Positions 35,389 through 45,486 of a DNA stretch of 64,000 nucleotides are shown here, in pieces (position 1 is the stretch's first letter; each line of letters starts with the position of its first letter). Source of the DNA: an uncultured Ignavibacteriales bacterium. GTDB taxonomy: Bacteria; Bacteroidota; Ignavibacteria; Ignavibacteriales; Ignavibacteriaceae. Under the pieces are notes generated by a model that saw nothing but the letters and a program-made list of their open reading frames with translations, ran no database searches and had not been told where the DNA came from. Position numbers and translations under genes: made by a program. Where the stretch lies: positions 386,911-450,910 of the forward strand of contig CAWGJF010000002.1 in assembly GCA_963822905.1 (NCBI GenBank). Reading direction: 5' to 3'.

Positions 35389-38343
35389 ATGAGGTTATTT
35401 AGATACCTTTTTATTTGTGTTTCATTATCACTTTTTTCAGCTGTCGCATTTGCACAGTTAGATTCTGTCTGGCATCAAGGACCGGCAGCAGGAAGTGTTT
35501 CTAGTGGCGTTATGGTAACATTATCTCAAAATACATTTCATCCTGAATCGCCATCTGATTCAAGAATAATGGAAGAAAATAAAATTGAACCAAATTTTGG
35601 TCAAATGATAATAAATGCTGATGAGTCTACTCTTCCTCCTTATGTTTATACTGAAGATGCAAATGCAACAGATAAACCTTTAGGCACAAATGGTCAAACA
35701 GTTCTTCTAAACAAATTTAAATCGATTTCTATGACCAACTCAATCCCCCCTGATCCACATGTGGCAGTTGGACCAAATCATATCATTGCTTGTGTTAATA
35801 CCGCATTTGCTGTATATGACAAACAAGGAAATCAATTGGCATTTTTAAGTGCGGATAGTTGGATAAGTCCGGTAATTTCTTCAGGTGCGTTCGATCCTCA
35901 AATTTTATATGATCATTATTTAGGGCGCTGGTTTATGTTATGGGATTGGCAGGACAATGCCTCACAACAAGCATATTTCATTATTTCATATTCTGATGAT
36001 GATAATCCTTTAGGAACTTGGTATATGTATTTGATGGATGCGAAAGTTAATGGTACTTCAAGTTCAGGAACATGGGGAGATTACCCACAAATTGGCTATG
36101 ATGAAAATGCTATCTATATAAATTCAAGATCGTTTACTTTTGCAGGATTTTATCAATATAATAGATTACGAATTCTGGATAAAAATCAACTATATGCTAG
36201 TAATGGTGGACAAGTAAATTGGAGCGATATCTGGAATATCCGAACTCCGGGACAGGGTTCCGGAGGACAAGCCCTAGATGTAATTCATCCTGTTTATTCA
36301 TATACACCCGGAAGTGGCTCTTATTTCTTCTGGGCAAATAGAAGCGGTGCTAATTATTATTGTGTATTTCAAATTTTAAACCCTCTTTCTACATCACCAA
36401 GAATCAGAGGAAAGGTCCTTTCTACACAGTTTTATGGGCAAGCGCCAAATGCTAACCAGTTGGGTGGTGGAGCTTTATTAATAGAAACAAATGGAAGTCA
36501 TATTAAAACACAACCTGTATTGAGAGATGGAAAAATTTTCTTTGCACATTCTATCAGGAATACAGTTAATGCGACTTATTGTAGTGCAAAATATGGAATA
36601 TATGATATTGGAACCGAAACTATAACTGAGCAAGTTGAACAAGGGGCAGTTGGATATTTTTACTTTTATCCAACCATTGCTGTTGACCAGGATCAAAATA
36701 TTGCAATTACATACAGTCGTTCTGCAGATGACGAATATGCAGGAGCTTTCTATACCAGTAAACAAGCATCTGCACCACCAGGACTCGAACCTAGTCAACC
36801 GATACAAGTTGGCCTTGGTAATTACGTTGTTGATTTTGGTAGCGGCAGAAACAGGTGGGGTGATTATTTAGGAATTTGTGTCGATCCTTCAAATTTTTAT
36901 AATGTCTTTATGTTAGGTGAATATGCAGCTAGCACAAATCAATGGGGTACGTACATTGCCGAAGTAAGAATGGTACCATTTTCTGGGCAATATTCAAAAG
37001 TTTTTCCCAAAGATTCTCATTTCGAAGATACTGAAGTTAATTTTAGCAGTACACCAATTCCAATTGTTATAACAAATTACGGAACTGATGATGTAACTAT
37101 TAATGGCATTGATCAATCAGTTGGTCCCTTTATCCGGACCTCTAACAATACATTTCCAATAGTACTTTCCAGCTATGACAGTATAACAGTCGAAGTTACT
37201 TTTAGTCCTGAAGCCGCAGGTGATTTTGATGAAACTTTACTAATCAATTCAGATGATCCTAATCTCACTGGATTGCATTTACAAGGTCACTCATATGACA
37301 TGTTACAGGCTTACACTGGATTCTTTTATGCCTCTTCGGGAAGTCAAAACAATGGTGATATATTAACTGTCGATAAATCAAATGGAAACGGAACTTTATT
37401 GGGAACTTCTGGATACTCTGAAATTTCTAAGCTTTCGGTAAATCCTAATTCGAATATTCTTTTTGGTTTGTATTCAACTGCTGCTTACTCATCAATCGCA
37501 AGAGTAAATGCAGGTGCTGGAGATGCATACGAATTGTATAATTTGGATTTAGGTAATTTATATGGTTTTGCATTCAATGCCGCTGGCAACTTATATGTTG
37601 CAAATCAGGAAGGATTGGTTTATACCATTAATTTATCCAATGGAACTTATACTTTTGTAGATACTATAATGGTTAATGATTCCACATCATTGGCAATAAA
37701 TGCTTTTGCATTCGATCCACAGGACGGAGATCTGTGGGTGGCTAAAAGAGTTATTGTTGGATTAGGAAAAGATGAAGTTTATAAAGTCGATACATCAACC
37801 TGGACTGCCACATTAGTAGGTAATACCGGGTTCAATGTATTAACTAATGATTTAGCTTTTGACGAAGTCGGAAATTTATATGGAGTTTATGGGACTACAA
37901 CCCAGAACGGAAAATTCTTTCAGATTGACAAATCAACCGGTGCAGGAACTGTTGTCGGTACCGATATTGGATTCAAGCATATAACAGGTCTGGGATATTC
38001 ATTAAATGGTCCCATTATAAATGTGAATGATGAGATCAAATCCATTCCATCAAATTATTCGTTATATCAAAACTATCCTAACCCATTCAACCCATCTACA
38101 AAGATTGAATTTGCTTTGCCAGTTCAAGCCAATGTTCAATTGACTATTTATAATTTACTTGGGCAGAGGGTGATATCATTGTATGACGGACAACTGCAAG
38201 CAGGTTCTCATTCCTTTACCTGGAATGCTGATGATGTGAATGGTAAAAAACTTAGCAGCGGAATTTATTTCTACGAATTGAAAGCTAAGGGAAGTAACGG
38301 AACTGACTTTCAGAATACGAAGAAGATGCTTCTACTAAAGTAG
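35389..38343 (+). CDS. Secreted 984-aa beta-propeller/choice-of-anchor-D-like protein with T9SS type-A C-terminal sorting domain
   Basis: Signal peptide present. A sialidase-like propeller region (DPHVAVGPNHIIAC...). An Ig-like segment (VITNYGTDDVTINGI...VEVTFSPEAAGDF). NHL-like repeats. CTD: YQNYPNPFNPSTKIEFALP...LTIYNLLGQRV...SGIYFYEL. Confidence 0.6.
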   Translation: MRLFRYLFICVSLSLFSAVAFAQLDSVWHQGPAAGSVSSGVMVTLSQNTFHPESPSDSRIMEENKIEPNFGQMIINADESTLPPYVYTEDANATDKPLGTNGQTVLLNKFKSISMTNSIPPDPHVAVGPNHIIACVNTAFAVYDKQGNQLAFLSADSWISPVISSGAFDPQILYDHYLGRWFMLWDWQDNASQQAYFIISYSDDDNPLGTWYMYLMDAKVNGTSSSGTWGDYPQIGYDENAIYINSRSFTFAGFYQYNRLRILDKNQLYASNGGQVNWSDIWNIRTPGQGSGGQALDVIHPVYSYTPGSGSYFFWANRSGANYYCVFQILNPLSTSPRIRGKVLSTQFYGQAPNANQLGGGALLIETNGSHIKTQPVLRDGKIFFAHSIRNTVNATYCSAKYGIYDIGTETITEQVEQGAVGYFYFYPTIAVDQDQNIAITYSRSADDEYAGAFYTSKQASAPPGLEPSQPIQVGLGNYVVDFGSGRNRWGDYLGICVDPSNFYNVFMLGEYAASTNQWGTYIAEVRMVPFSGQYSKVFPKDSHFEDTEVNFSSTPIPIVITNYGTDDVTINGIDQSVGPFIRTSNNTFPIVLSSYDSITVEVTFSPEAAGDFDETLLINSDDPNLTGLHLQGHSYDMLQAYTGFFYASSGSQNNGDILTVDKSNGNGTLLGTSGYSEISKLSVNPNSNILFGLYSTAAYSSIARVNAGAGDAYELYNLDLGNLYGFAFNAAGNLYVANQEGLVYTINLSNGTYTFVDTIMVNDSTSLAINAFAFDPQDGDLWVAKRVIVGLGKDEVYKVDTSTWTATLVGNTGFNVLTNDLAFDEVGNLYGVYGTTTQNGKFFQIDKSTGAGTVVGTDIGFKHITGLGYSLNGPIINVNDEIKSIPSNYSLYQNYPNPFNPSTKIEFALPVQANVQLTIYNLLGQRVISLYDGQLQAGSHSFTWNADDVNGKKLSSGIYFYELKAKGSNGTDFQNTKKMLLLK

Positions 38344-38372
38344 TTTTTCTTTAAGACGTTGTTGTTAATCAA

Positions 38373-38397
38373 GCCCCGGAATGTTCGGGGCTTTTTT
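38373..38397 (+). terminator. Rho-independent terminator after the T9SS cargo gene (shared with the convergent GT gene)
   Basis: GCCCCG (38373-38378), loop GAATGTT, CGGGGC (38386-38391), then TTTTTT (38392-38397). The T run overlaps the stop codon of the minus-strand gene. Confidence 0.8.
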
Positions 38398-39550
38398 ATT
38401 TTATGTCCAATATTTGTTCAAATACGTTAACAATTTTAGAAAACGAATTTAATTGTGTGTAATTTCTAATATTCTCTTCGAAATTAATTGAATCTTTCTC
38501 TATCAAAAAACGAATAACTCCTTTAGAAATATTTTGTGGATTATCTGGCTCAACAACAAATCCTGTAGTACCATCTTTAACAAATTCTGATAAACCTCCA
38601 ACGTTCGTAACAAGTACGGGTTTATTAAATCCATAAGCAACATTTAATATTCCGCTTTGAGTTGCACTTCGGTATGGTAAAATAACAAGATCAGAAATAC
38701 TGTAGTACTTTCCGACTTCCTCATTTGGAACAAACTTGTTCACAATTTTGATTTTTGTTGAAAGTGAAAGGGAATTGATTAAATCTAAATACGGTTTGGG
38801 GTCATCATAAAATTCTCCAACAACTAGTAAGCTTGTATCAGGTTTTTGTTCAATTACTTCCGGCATTGCTTTTATAAGTAAATCAAGTCCTTTGTATTTT
38901 CTTACATATCCAAAAAATAAAAGAATGTTGTCTTTTTCATTAATTCCGAGATTTGCTTTGAATTTATTAACAGTAAATTTTTCTGACGTTGCATAGCAAT
39001 CGTATACTGGTAATTCTGATCGGAATATTTTCTTATTTTTTGAAAAGACTTTTAATTCTTTTTCAACTATTCCGGATAATACCAGAAACATCGATGAATT
39101 TGACAAACCGAGCTTTGTTAATATTCTATCAATAAAATGCGATTCATGTGAGACAACATTTTCAGTGATAAATAAAATTTTGCCTTTGTATTTCTTTTTT
39201 ATTAAAAACGAAATTGTAAAATGACAGAAACTAAAGAAGGGATGCCACCAATCAAATATTATAAGATCAGCATTTTCTTTTATTATTTTTGAACCTACTG
39301 AAAACCAGTTGATTGGATTGATAGAATTCACAATCCTTTCATTTGGAGCTTTGAAAACTACAGATTTACTCTCATCAAACTGAGTTTTACCGGGAAATAA
39401 AATTGAAGGGTAGAGGAGTTTGTAATTGAAAATCTTCGTATCAAAATTATCTTTTAATGCATTATACAAATGAGTTATGAAAAGTGAATTTCCTCCACGG
39501 TAGGGATAAGAGGGACCAATGATTATTATTTTCTTTTTGGTATCAGACAA
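38396..39550 (-). CDS. Glycosyltransferase, GT4 family (GT-B fold)
   Basis: N-terminus IIIIGPSYPYRGG. The C-terminal half has the EX7E-like region (SATQSGILNVAYGFNKPVLVTNVGGLSEFV.DG.TG) typical of GT4 enzymes. Confidence 0.8.
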   Translation of the reverse strand: MSDTKKKIIIIGPSYPYRGGNSLFITHLYNALKDNFDTKIFNYKLLYPSILFPGKTQFDESKSVVFKAPNERIVNSINPINWFSVGSKIIKENADLIIFDWWHPFFSFCHFTISFLIKKKYKGKILFITENVVSHESHFIDRILTKLGLSNSSMFLVLSGIVEKELKVFSKNKKIFRSELPVYDCYATSEKFTVNKFKANLGINEKDNILLFFGYVRKYKGLDLLIKAMPEVIEQKPDTSLLVVGEFYDDPKPYLDLINSLSLSTKIKIVNKFVPNEEVGKYYSISDLVILPYRSATQSGILNVAYGFNKPVLVTNVGGLSEFVKDGTTGFVVEPDNPQNISKGVIRFLIEKDSINFEENIRNYTQLNSFSKIVNVFEQILDIK

Positions 39551-39636
39551 ATATTATTCACAAAAGAGATGAATTATTAGTCGAAATATAAAAAATCAAA
39601 ATTACGTCTGAAAATATGATTTGATGTGAATTAAAA

Positions 39637-41148
39637 TTAACCGGAAAACATACTGCTGTCTTCGTCATCAAGTTCTTCATCCTGTGATAAAGTAAACATT
39701 GAACTCAGCATATCTTTAAACTGAAAGCTATGTTCGAGTTTTGATCTACTTAAAATAGAAAACTCAGCTAAGCCAAAGAGTAAGAATTCCATCATAAGTG
39801 GAATTGTAACTTTGTCAATATTTGGTATTAGTTTTTTAATTGTAGCTTCAAGGGAATCAACTTTTTTAAGTGAATTTTGATATTCTTTATCAGTTGAATT
39901 CAACATCAGATCTGTGTGATTACCTTTTTTAAACCAGGAAATAATCAATTGATAAGGATTCGGAGTTTGTGATTTCTTTAATGAGTCGGGGTTTGGAAAA
40001 TAATTAATAAACAAATTGCGAATTGCTTTTCCGATTAAAATCTGTGCAACTTTACTTGACCCTTCTTGTTCACCTTCATAAACAAGTTCAACTTTTCCGG
40101 TAATTGAGGGAACAATGCCAAAAATATCACTTACTCTCAAGTTTGTAGATTCTTCTTTATTTAAAATTTTTCTTCGTTCAGCAGTACTAATTAAATTTTC
40201 AAAAGCTGAGATCGTTAACCTTGCCGACACTCCACTTTTTTCATCAATGTATTCACTTTCCCTGGCTTCGAATGCGATTTGTTCAACCAGGTCCTTCATT
40301 AATTCATCAGCCTTAATTGTATTTTTCTGTTCATCTGCCAATCTGGATTCTTGTTCAGTTATCGTCTTCGAATGCTCAATGGTTTTTGCATAATGGGTTA
40401 AAATCTGGCTATCGATTCTATCTTTCAACGGAGTAACAATAGCTCCGCGGTTTGTATAATCTTCCGGGTTGGCTGTAAATACAAACTGAATATCAAGCGG
40501 AAGTCTAACCTTAAATCCACGTATTTGAATATCATTTTCCTGCAGAATATTAAAAAGTGCAACTTGTATTCTTGCTTGCAAATCAGGCAGTTCATTAATA
40601 ACAAAAATTCCACGATGTGATCTTGGAATTAATCCGAAGTGAATTACTCTTTCATCAGAGTAGGGTAGTTTCAATGATGCAGCTTTTATAGGATCAATAT
40701 CACCAATTAGATCTGCAATTGAAACATCAGGTGTTGCTAGTTTTTCAGTATATCTCTCAGAACGATGTAGCCATTTAATTTTACTGTTATCACCTTCAGC
40801 AGAAATAATTTCATTTGCCTGGTAGGAGATCGGGTTGAAAGGATTGTCATTCAAATCAGTTCCACTAAGAACAGGAATCCATTCATCAAGAAGATTAACC
40901 ATTAACCTGGCAATCTTTGTTTTTGCCTGACCTCGCAATCCAAGCAGAATAATATCGTGGCGAGATAAAATAGCAGTCTGTAAATCCGGAATTACAGTTT
41001 CATCATACCCAATAATTCCTTCAAAAGGATTTGAGTTAGTTTCTAAAAATTTTATAAGATTTCTTCTTAATTCGTTTTTAATTGATTTTGGTTTATAGCC
41101 TGTTTTCTTAAGCTCACCAAAAGTTTTAATGTCTAATGATATTTCCAT
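39637..41148 (-). CDS. AAA+ ATPase of the Mg-chelatase BchI/MCM-like clade, function unknown
   Basis: Walker A GLRGQAKT (nt 40918-40941); Walker B-like GIFVINELPD (N-E at 40591-40596); sensor-1 region FVFTANPED; LKDRID Arg-finger region. About 200 aa of helical C-terminus follow. Confidence 0.7.
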   Translation of the reverse strand: MEISLDIKTFGELKKTGYKPKSIKNELRRNLIKFLETNSNPFEGIIGYDETVIPDLQTAILSRHDIILLGLRGQAKTKIARLMVNLLDEWIPVLSGTDLNDNPFNPISYQANEIISAEGDNSKIKWLHRSERYTEKLATPDVSIADLIGDIDPIKAASLKLPYSDERVIHFGLIPRSHRGIFVINELPDLQARIQVALFNILQENDIQIRGFKVRLPLDIQFVFTANPEDYTNRGAIVTPLKDRIDSQILTHYAKTIEHSKTITEQESRLADEQKNTIKADELMKDLVEQIAFEARESEYIDEKSGVSARLTISAFENLISTAERRKILNKEESTNLRVSDIFGIVPSITGKVELVYEGEQEGSSKVAQILIGKAIRNLFINYFPNPDSLKKSQTPNPYQLIISWFKKGNHTDLMLNSTDKEYQNSLKKVDSLEATIKKLIPNIDKVTIPLMMEFLLFGLAEFSILSRSKLEHSFQFKDMLSSMFTLSQDEELDDEDSSMFSG

Positions 41149-41154
41149 AGTAGA

Positions 41155-42252
41155 TTATTTTACCCGCTTTCTTCTGTTTCGAATATAGTCTTCAAAAATA
41201 AAATCACCTAAACCGGAAAGACTGCTATAATATGCACGTCCATTATTGGTTTTTGTGAACTCACGAACAAATGCCTGAAGGTAAGGATCCCTTGCAATCA
41301 TGAATGTTGTAATTGAAATATTTTGTTTCCTGCATTTAGCAGCCTGGTCAAGGGTCTTATTTAATATTTTTCTATCAAGACCAAAACTGTTTTTGTAATA
41401 TTTTGCACCAACTTTTAAACATGTAGGTTTCCCATCCGTAATCATAAATATCTGCTTATTGTTAGTTTTTCTTCGTCGGAGAATATCAATTGAAAGTTCC
41501 AACCCTGCAACTGTATTTGTATGATAGGGACCAACCTGTAAATAAGGGAGATCTTTTATTTCAATTGGCCATGCATCATTACCAAAAACAATAATGTCCA
41601 GAGTATCTTTCTGATATTTTGTAGTGATTAATTCAGATAAAGCCATTGCAACTTTTTTCGCCGGAGTAATCCTGTCTTCACCATAAAGTATCATTGAGTG
41701 AGATATGTCAATCATCAAAACAGTTGAAGTGAGTGTTTTAAAATCTTTTTCTTCAACTTCAAGATCACGTTCTGTAAGCTTAAAATCATCTATTCCATGG
41801 TTTACCTGTGCATTTCTGATTGATCCTGTTGCATCGATCTGATCGAGAGTATCGCCAAAATTATATTCACGTCGTTCAGAAGTTGTCTCATCACCGGGAC
41901 CGGAATAGGGAGTAGTATGATTCCCGCTCACAGATTTCCTTAATTTAGAAAAAATTTCTTCAAGCGATTGTCGCCGGATAGAGATTTCACCTTTTGATGT
42001 TAGCTGCAATAATGTGCCGTTCTCATTTTCTTTTATATATTCTCTTTCTTTTAGTTCATCAATGAAATCTCCAATACCGTAATCCTGGTTTGTAAGATTG
42101 TACTGTCTGTCAATATCATTCATCCAGTTTAATGCTTCAGCAACATCACCACTGGTGATTGTTAAAAGCTGGAGAAATATCTTCAGCAGGTTCTCAAAAT
42201 TAGCTTGCTGTGAATTTTCAGGAATAAAATCTGTAAACCTGTGACCTATCAT
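41155..42252 (-). CDS. von Willebrand factor A (VWA) domain protein, CoxE-like
   Basis: MIDAS DxSxS = DISHS (nt 41695-41709) preceded by the hydrophobic strand TVLMI. Downstream: IFMITDGKPT. It lies 6 nt upstream of the AAA+ gene on the same strand. Confidence 0.75.
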   Translation of the reverse strand: MIGHRFTDFIPENSQQANFENLLKIFLQLLTITSGDVAEALNWMNDIDRQYNLTNQDYGIGDFIDELKEREYIKENENGTLLQLTSKGEISIRRQSLEEIFSKLRKSVSGNHTTPYSGPGDETTSERREYNFGDTLDQIDATGSIRNAQVNHGIDDFKLTERDLEVEEKDFKTLTSTVLMIDISHSMILYGEDRITPAKKVAMALSELITTKYQKDTLDIIVFGNDAWPIEIKDLPYLQVGPYHTNTVAGLELSIDILRRRKTNNKQIFMITDGKPTCLKVGAKYYKNSFGLDRKILNKTLDQAAKCRKQNISITTFMIARDPYLQAFVREFTKTNNGRAYYSSLSGLGDFIFEDYIRNRRKRVK

Positions 42253-42393
42253 TTTTAATTTTACAATTTTAGTAAAATGTTCAATCTTATCTTAAAGATA
42301 AAAAATATTTTAATAAACAATAATTGAAAATTTAATTGCAAGTGATAAAAATCAACTCAATTTTAAAAGGTAGTCTTTGATATTTGAAAGGAT

Positions 42394-42418
42394 AAAGGGA
42401 TAGTATTCCTATCCCTTT
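42394..42418 (-). terminator. Stem-loop immediately downstream of clpP (probable terminator)
   Basis: Perfect 10-bp inverted repeat AAAGGGATAG / CTATCCCTTT with a 5-nt loop, starting 4 nt after the clpP stop. The trailing U run on the minus strand is weak. Confidence 0.5.
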
Positions 42419-42421
42419 CAT

Positions 42422-43048
42422 TTAATTCTTCTTTTGTCCAGGCCTGGTTTCAAGAACGTTATCTATCAGTCTGTAAGTTTTAGCTTCTTCAGAAGTCAAG
42501 AAATAATCTCTGTCACAATCTTTGGTTATTTGATCAAGAGATTTACCGGTGTGTTTTGATAAAATGGAATAGAGAGTATCACGTGTCTTTAACATTTCCT
42601 TAGCATGAATTTCAATATCAGTTGTCTGCCCTTGCAAACCACCAACCCATGGTTGATGTATCATAATCTTCGAATTCGGCAAAGCTGATCTTTTTCCATC
42701 AGTACCTGCTGTTAACAAAATTGCGCCCATACTTGCTGCCATTCCAACACAAATTGTTGCAACATCTGGTTTAATATATTTCATAGTATCATATATGGCT
42801 AGGCCTGCTGTTACACTGCCACCAGGTGAATTGATATAAACATTAATATCCTTTTCAGCATCTTCTGCTTCAAGAAAAATTAGCTGTGCAATTGTAAGGC
42901 TTGCAATATGATCATCTATAGGAGTTCCGATAAAGATAATCCTTTCGCGTAAAAGACGTGAAAAAATATCCATCCCACGTTCGCCTCGGCCGGTTTGTTC
43001 AATAACATAAGGAACTAGCTGGTTAAAAATTTCTGGTTTATTTGTCAT
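42422..43048 (-). CDS. clpP: ATP-dependent Clp protease proteolytic subunit
   Basis: [19 protein letters not shown]..., catalytic Ser in GMAASMGA, His in MIHQP, and the LIDNV C-terminal region. Confidence 0.97.
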   Translation of the reverse strand: MTNKPEIFNQLVPYVIEQTGRGERGMDIFSRLLRERIIFIGTPIDDHIASLTIAQLIFLEAEDAEKDINVYINSPGGSVTAGLAIYDTMKYIKPDVATICVGMAASMGAILLTAGTDGKRSALPNSKIMIHQPWVGGLQGQTTDIEIHAKEMLKTRDTLYSILSKHTGKSLDQITKDCDRDYFLTSEEAKTYRLIDNVLETRPGQKKN

Positions 43049-44366
43049 TTAATTCCTCTTTCGGATGTTCATGTTTATGAAAATTTTCAGGATCAACACG
43101 TTTAATCGAATTATTCATTTTCAAGTAATCAAAAAGTTTTTGCTCGGATAACCGTTCAGCCTGGTTAGAATTTTTATAATAATTAATAAGTTTTTCGATT
43201 GGCAGACCTGTTTTTTCAGAATCTTTTTTAGCCATCTCATTTAATTCTTCATCTGAAACTTTAATATTTTCCTTTTTTTCAATTTCTGCTTTTAACAGAT
43301 ACCATTTAACTTCGTGTTCAGCCGAAGGTTTTAAATATGAAGACAGGTTTTCTTTGTTGACCTTTTTAATTCCTTGTTGATTTAGCCGCTGTTCTTCACT
43401 TTTTATCATCTCTTCGAGAATATTATTTACTAAGGTTGTTGGCGGTGCAAAATCATTATTCTCAATAATTTTATTAATCAATGAGCCGCGTGTTATTTGT
43501 TCAATCTGCTGATCATAATAACCCTGAATATCTTTTTTTATTTCAGTTCTCAGATCAGTTTCACTAGTCACCTTGTCTTTTGTAACTTTTTTGACAAGTT
43601 CTTGGCTCAATTCCGGCAGAACAATTTTGTTTATTTCTTTTATGTGAATATCATAAAGAAAATTTTCAGTGACTTCTTCATCAGTACCATCAGCCTTCGG
43701 AACTTTCTTTTTCTCATCAAAAGAAAACCTGAAAAATTCATCAACTTTTTTGTCTTTTGCATTATTAATTATATCCGGATGAACTCTTTCATTTGTTAAA
43801 TCGATTTGCATCTTCTCAACTTTTGTTTCCTCAAAAGGAGTTCCATCTTCATTTATTCTCTGCATCTCAACATCTATTATGAAATTTTCATCTGTTACAA
43901 CATCAGCTTTTTCATTTGTACTATTTGATTTCTTAATATTAAAAATCTCTTTTTCTACTTCTTCATCATTTACAACATAATCAGGAACTTCTATTTCCAG
44001 GTTTGAATAATTTTTTACTTCGAGTGAAGGAATAGTTTCAAATTTAACTTTAAACTTTAAATCTTCACCTACCTTGAAATCAAGATCAGTCATTACCGGT
44101 TGCCCGATAGGATTCAATGAATTATCTTTTGCAATTTTCCAGAAGTGCAAGTTTGCTACCTTTTCAGAAGCCTCATATTCGAATGCATCACCGTACATTT
44201 TTTTAACCATAGTTCGCGGTACTTTGCCTTTTCTAAATCCGGGAACATTAAGCTTTTTAACTTGCTTGGAAACTTCTGTATCTAATTCAGCTTTTATTTC
44301 TTCAAAGTCCAGGGTTACTTCAACCTCTTTTTCAGAAGAACTAATTTCATTAACATTAAATTTCAC
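43038..44366 (-). CDS. tig: Trigger factor
   Basis: N-terminal ribosome-binding signature GFRKGKVP, a 442-aa acidic protein, and a position directly upstream of clpP. Confidence 0.92.
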   Translation of the reverse strand: MKFNVNEISSSEKEVEVTLDFEEIKAELDTEVSKQVKKLNVPGFRKGKVPRTMVKKMYGDAFEYEASEKVANLHFWKIAKDNSLNPIGQPVMTDLDFKVGEDLKFKVKFETIPSLEVKNYSNLEIEVPDYVVNDEEVEKEIFNIKKSNSTNEKADVVTDENFIIDVEMQRINEDGTPFEETKVEKMQIDLTNERVHPDIINNAKDKKVDEFFRFSFDEKKKVPKADGTDEEVTENFLYDIHIKEINKIVLPELSQELVKKVTKDKVTSETDLRTEIKKDIQGYYDQQIEQITRGSLINKIIENNDFAPPTTLVNNILEEMIKSEEQRLNQQGIKKVNKENLSSYLKPSAEHEVKWYLLKAEIEKKENIKVSDEELNEMAKKDSEKTGLPIEKLINYYKNSNQAERLSEQKLFDYLKMNNSIKRVDPENFHKHEHPKEELNDK

Positions 44367-44402
44367 TAATACCTCAAAAATTGAACAAAATTAAAACCCC
44401 AG

Positions 44403-44485
44403 TGCGAGAACGGGGACTCGAACCCCGACACCTTTCGGTACTAGATCCTAAGTCTAGCGCGTCTGCCAAATTCCGCCATTCTCGC
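44403..44485 (-). tRNA. tRNA-Leu (anticodon UAG), class II with long variable arm, no encoded CCA
   Basis: The reverse complement folds as follows. Acceptor GCGAGAA/TTCTCGC with discriminator A. D stem GCG/CGC. Anticodon stem CTAGA/TCTAG with loop CTTAGGA. Variable arm TACCGAAAGGTGT. T arm CGGGG-TTCGAGT-CCCCG. Confidence 0.93.
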
Positions 44486-44708
44486 TTGAAAACTGTTTTT
44501 TTTGGTCGTTTTTCAAAAAAACTAAGTTACAAATATATATCCGTCTGTCTTGTATATCAAATAAGTCACTTTGCTTCTTTTTAAGTACTATATAATTGAA
44601 TTTTCTTTTACATAGTTTATTAAAAAACTACAAATTCAGGTTAATTTGAAGTATATTTTGAGACAAATTAATATCAATTCTATATTCTTTTTTGTGACTT
44701 AAAGCATA

Positions 44709-45446
44709 ATGAATTTTAAATATCAACTTATATCTGAGAAGGGAAGAAATAATTCGGTAAATGGTGATTATGCAGCAGTACATGAATTAGAAGATGGTTT
44801 ACTCTGTATAGTTTGTGATGGAGTAGGAGGAAGTCCAGGCGGAGATATTGCCGCTGATTTATGTGCCCACGAATTTTATAAATACTTTGTTTCAAGTAAA
44901 GAAAAAAACTATCTCACCAGGATAAAATCTTCATTAATTCAAACAAATGAACAAATTAATAATTCATTTTTAAGTAGCAGTAAAAACTTAGCCTCAACCA
45001 CAGCAGATGTTCTTTTTATAATGAATCATTCTGTTTTCTGGGGGCATATAGGTGACAGCAGAATCTACAACATCAAGAATAATAAAATTCATTGCCTCAC
45101 CAAAGATCATTCAATGGTTCAAAAACTTGTAGATAAAGGTTTTATTACTCTGAAGCAAGCTGAAGCTCATCCAAATAAAAATGTTATGTTTACTGCTTTA
45201 GGTAATAAGGAAAAAATAAATATTGATATAAGTAAAATGTCACTCAGCGCAAATGACTTACATAAGTTTTTCCTTTGTTCTGATGGAGTTTTTAACCTGG
45301 TCTCTGATGAAGAAATTCAAACAATTATTAATTCACGGGATATTGAAAACGCTGCTAAAGAGATTAAAAGATTAGTTGAAAAAAGAGATGCTGAAGATGA
45401 TTATTCGTTAATATTAATCGATTTACATTCCCTCAAAAAATCGTAA
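44709..45446 (+). CDS. PP2C-family Ser/Thr protein phosphatase
   Basis: EDGLLCIVCDGVGG and HIGDSRIY motifs, a late LCSDGV motif and the 245-aa size. Confidence 0.8.
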   Translation: MNFKYQLISEKGRNNSVNGDYAAVHELEDGLLCIVCDGVGGSPGGDIAADLCAHEFYKYFVSSKEKNYLTRIKSSLIQTNEQINNSFLSSSKNLASTTADVLFIMNHSVFWGHIGDSRIYNIKNNKIHCLTKDHSMVQKLVDKGFITLKQAEAHPNKNVMFTALGNKEKINIDISKMSLSANDLHKFFLCSDGVFNLVSDEEIQTIINSRDIENAAKEIKRLVEKRDAEDDYSLILIDLHSLKKS

Positions 45447-45486
45447 TTTTCCTACTACGATTTAAAATCATATCAGGAAATCGCAA

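Noticed and set aside
42287-42301. Palindrome TTATCTT-A-AAGATAA upstream of the VWA gene
   Set aside because: It is short and entirely AT-rich apart from one C/G pair. Such palindromes are expected by chance in this composition. It is recorded only as a possible operator.
44381-44584. 67-aa plus-strand ORF
   Set aside because: It runs straight through the tRNA-Leu gene on the opposite strand and through AT-rich promoter DNA. It is an artefact of ORF calling.
44403-44708. tRNA-Leu as a possible genomic-island integration site
   Set aside because: No integrase, no direct repeat of the tRNA 3' end and no compositional shift are found on either side. The flanking genes are tig-clpP and a PP2C phosphatase/murA.
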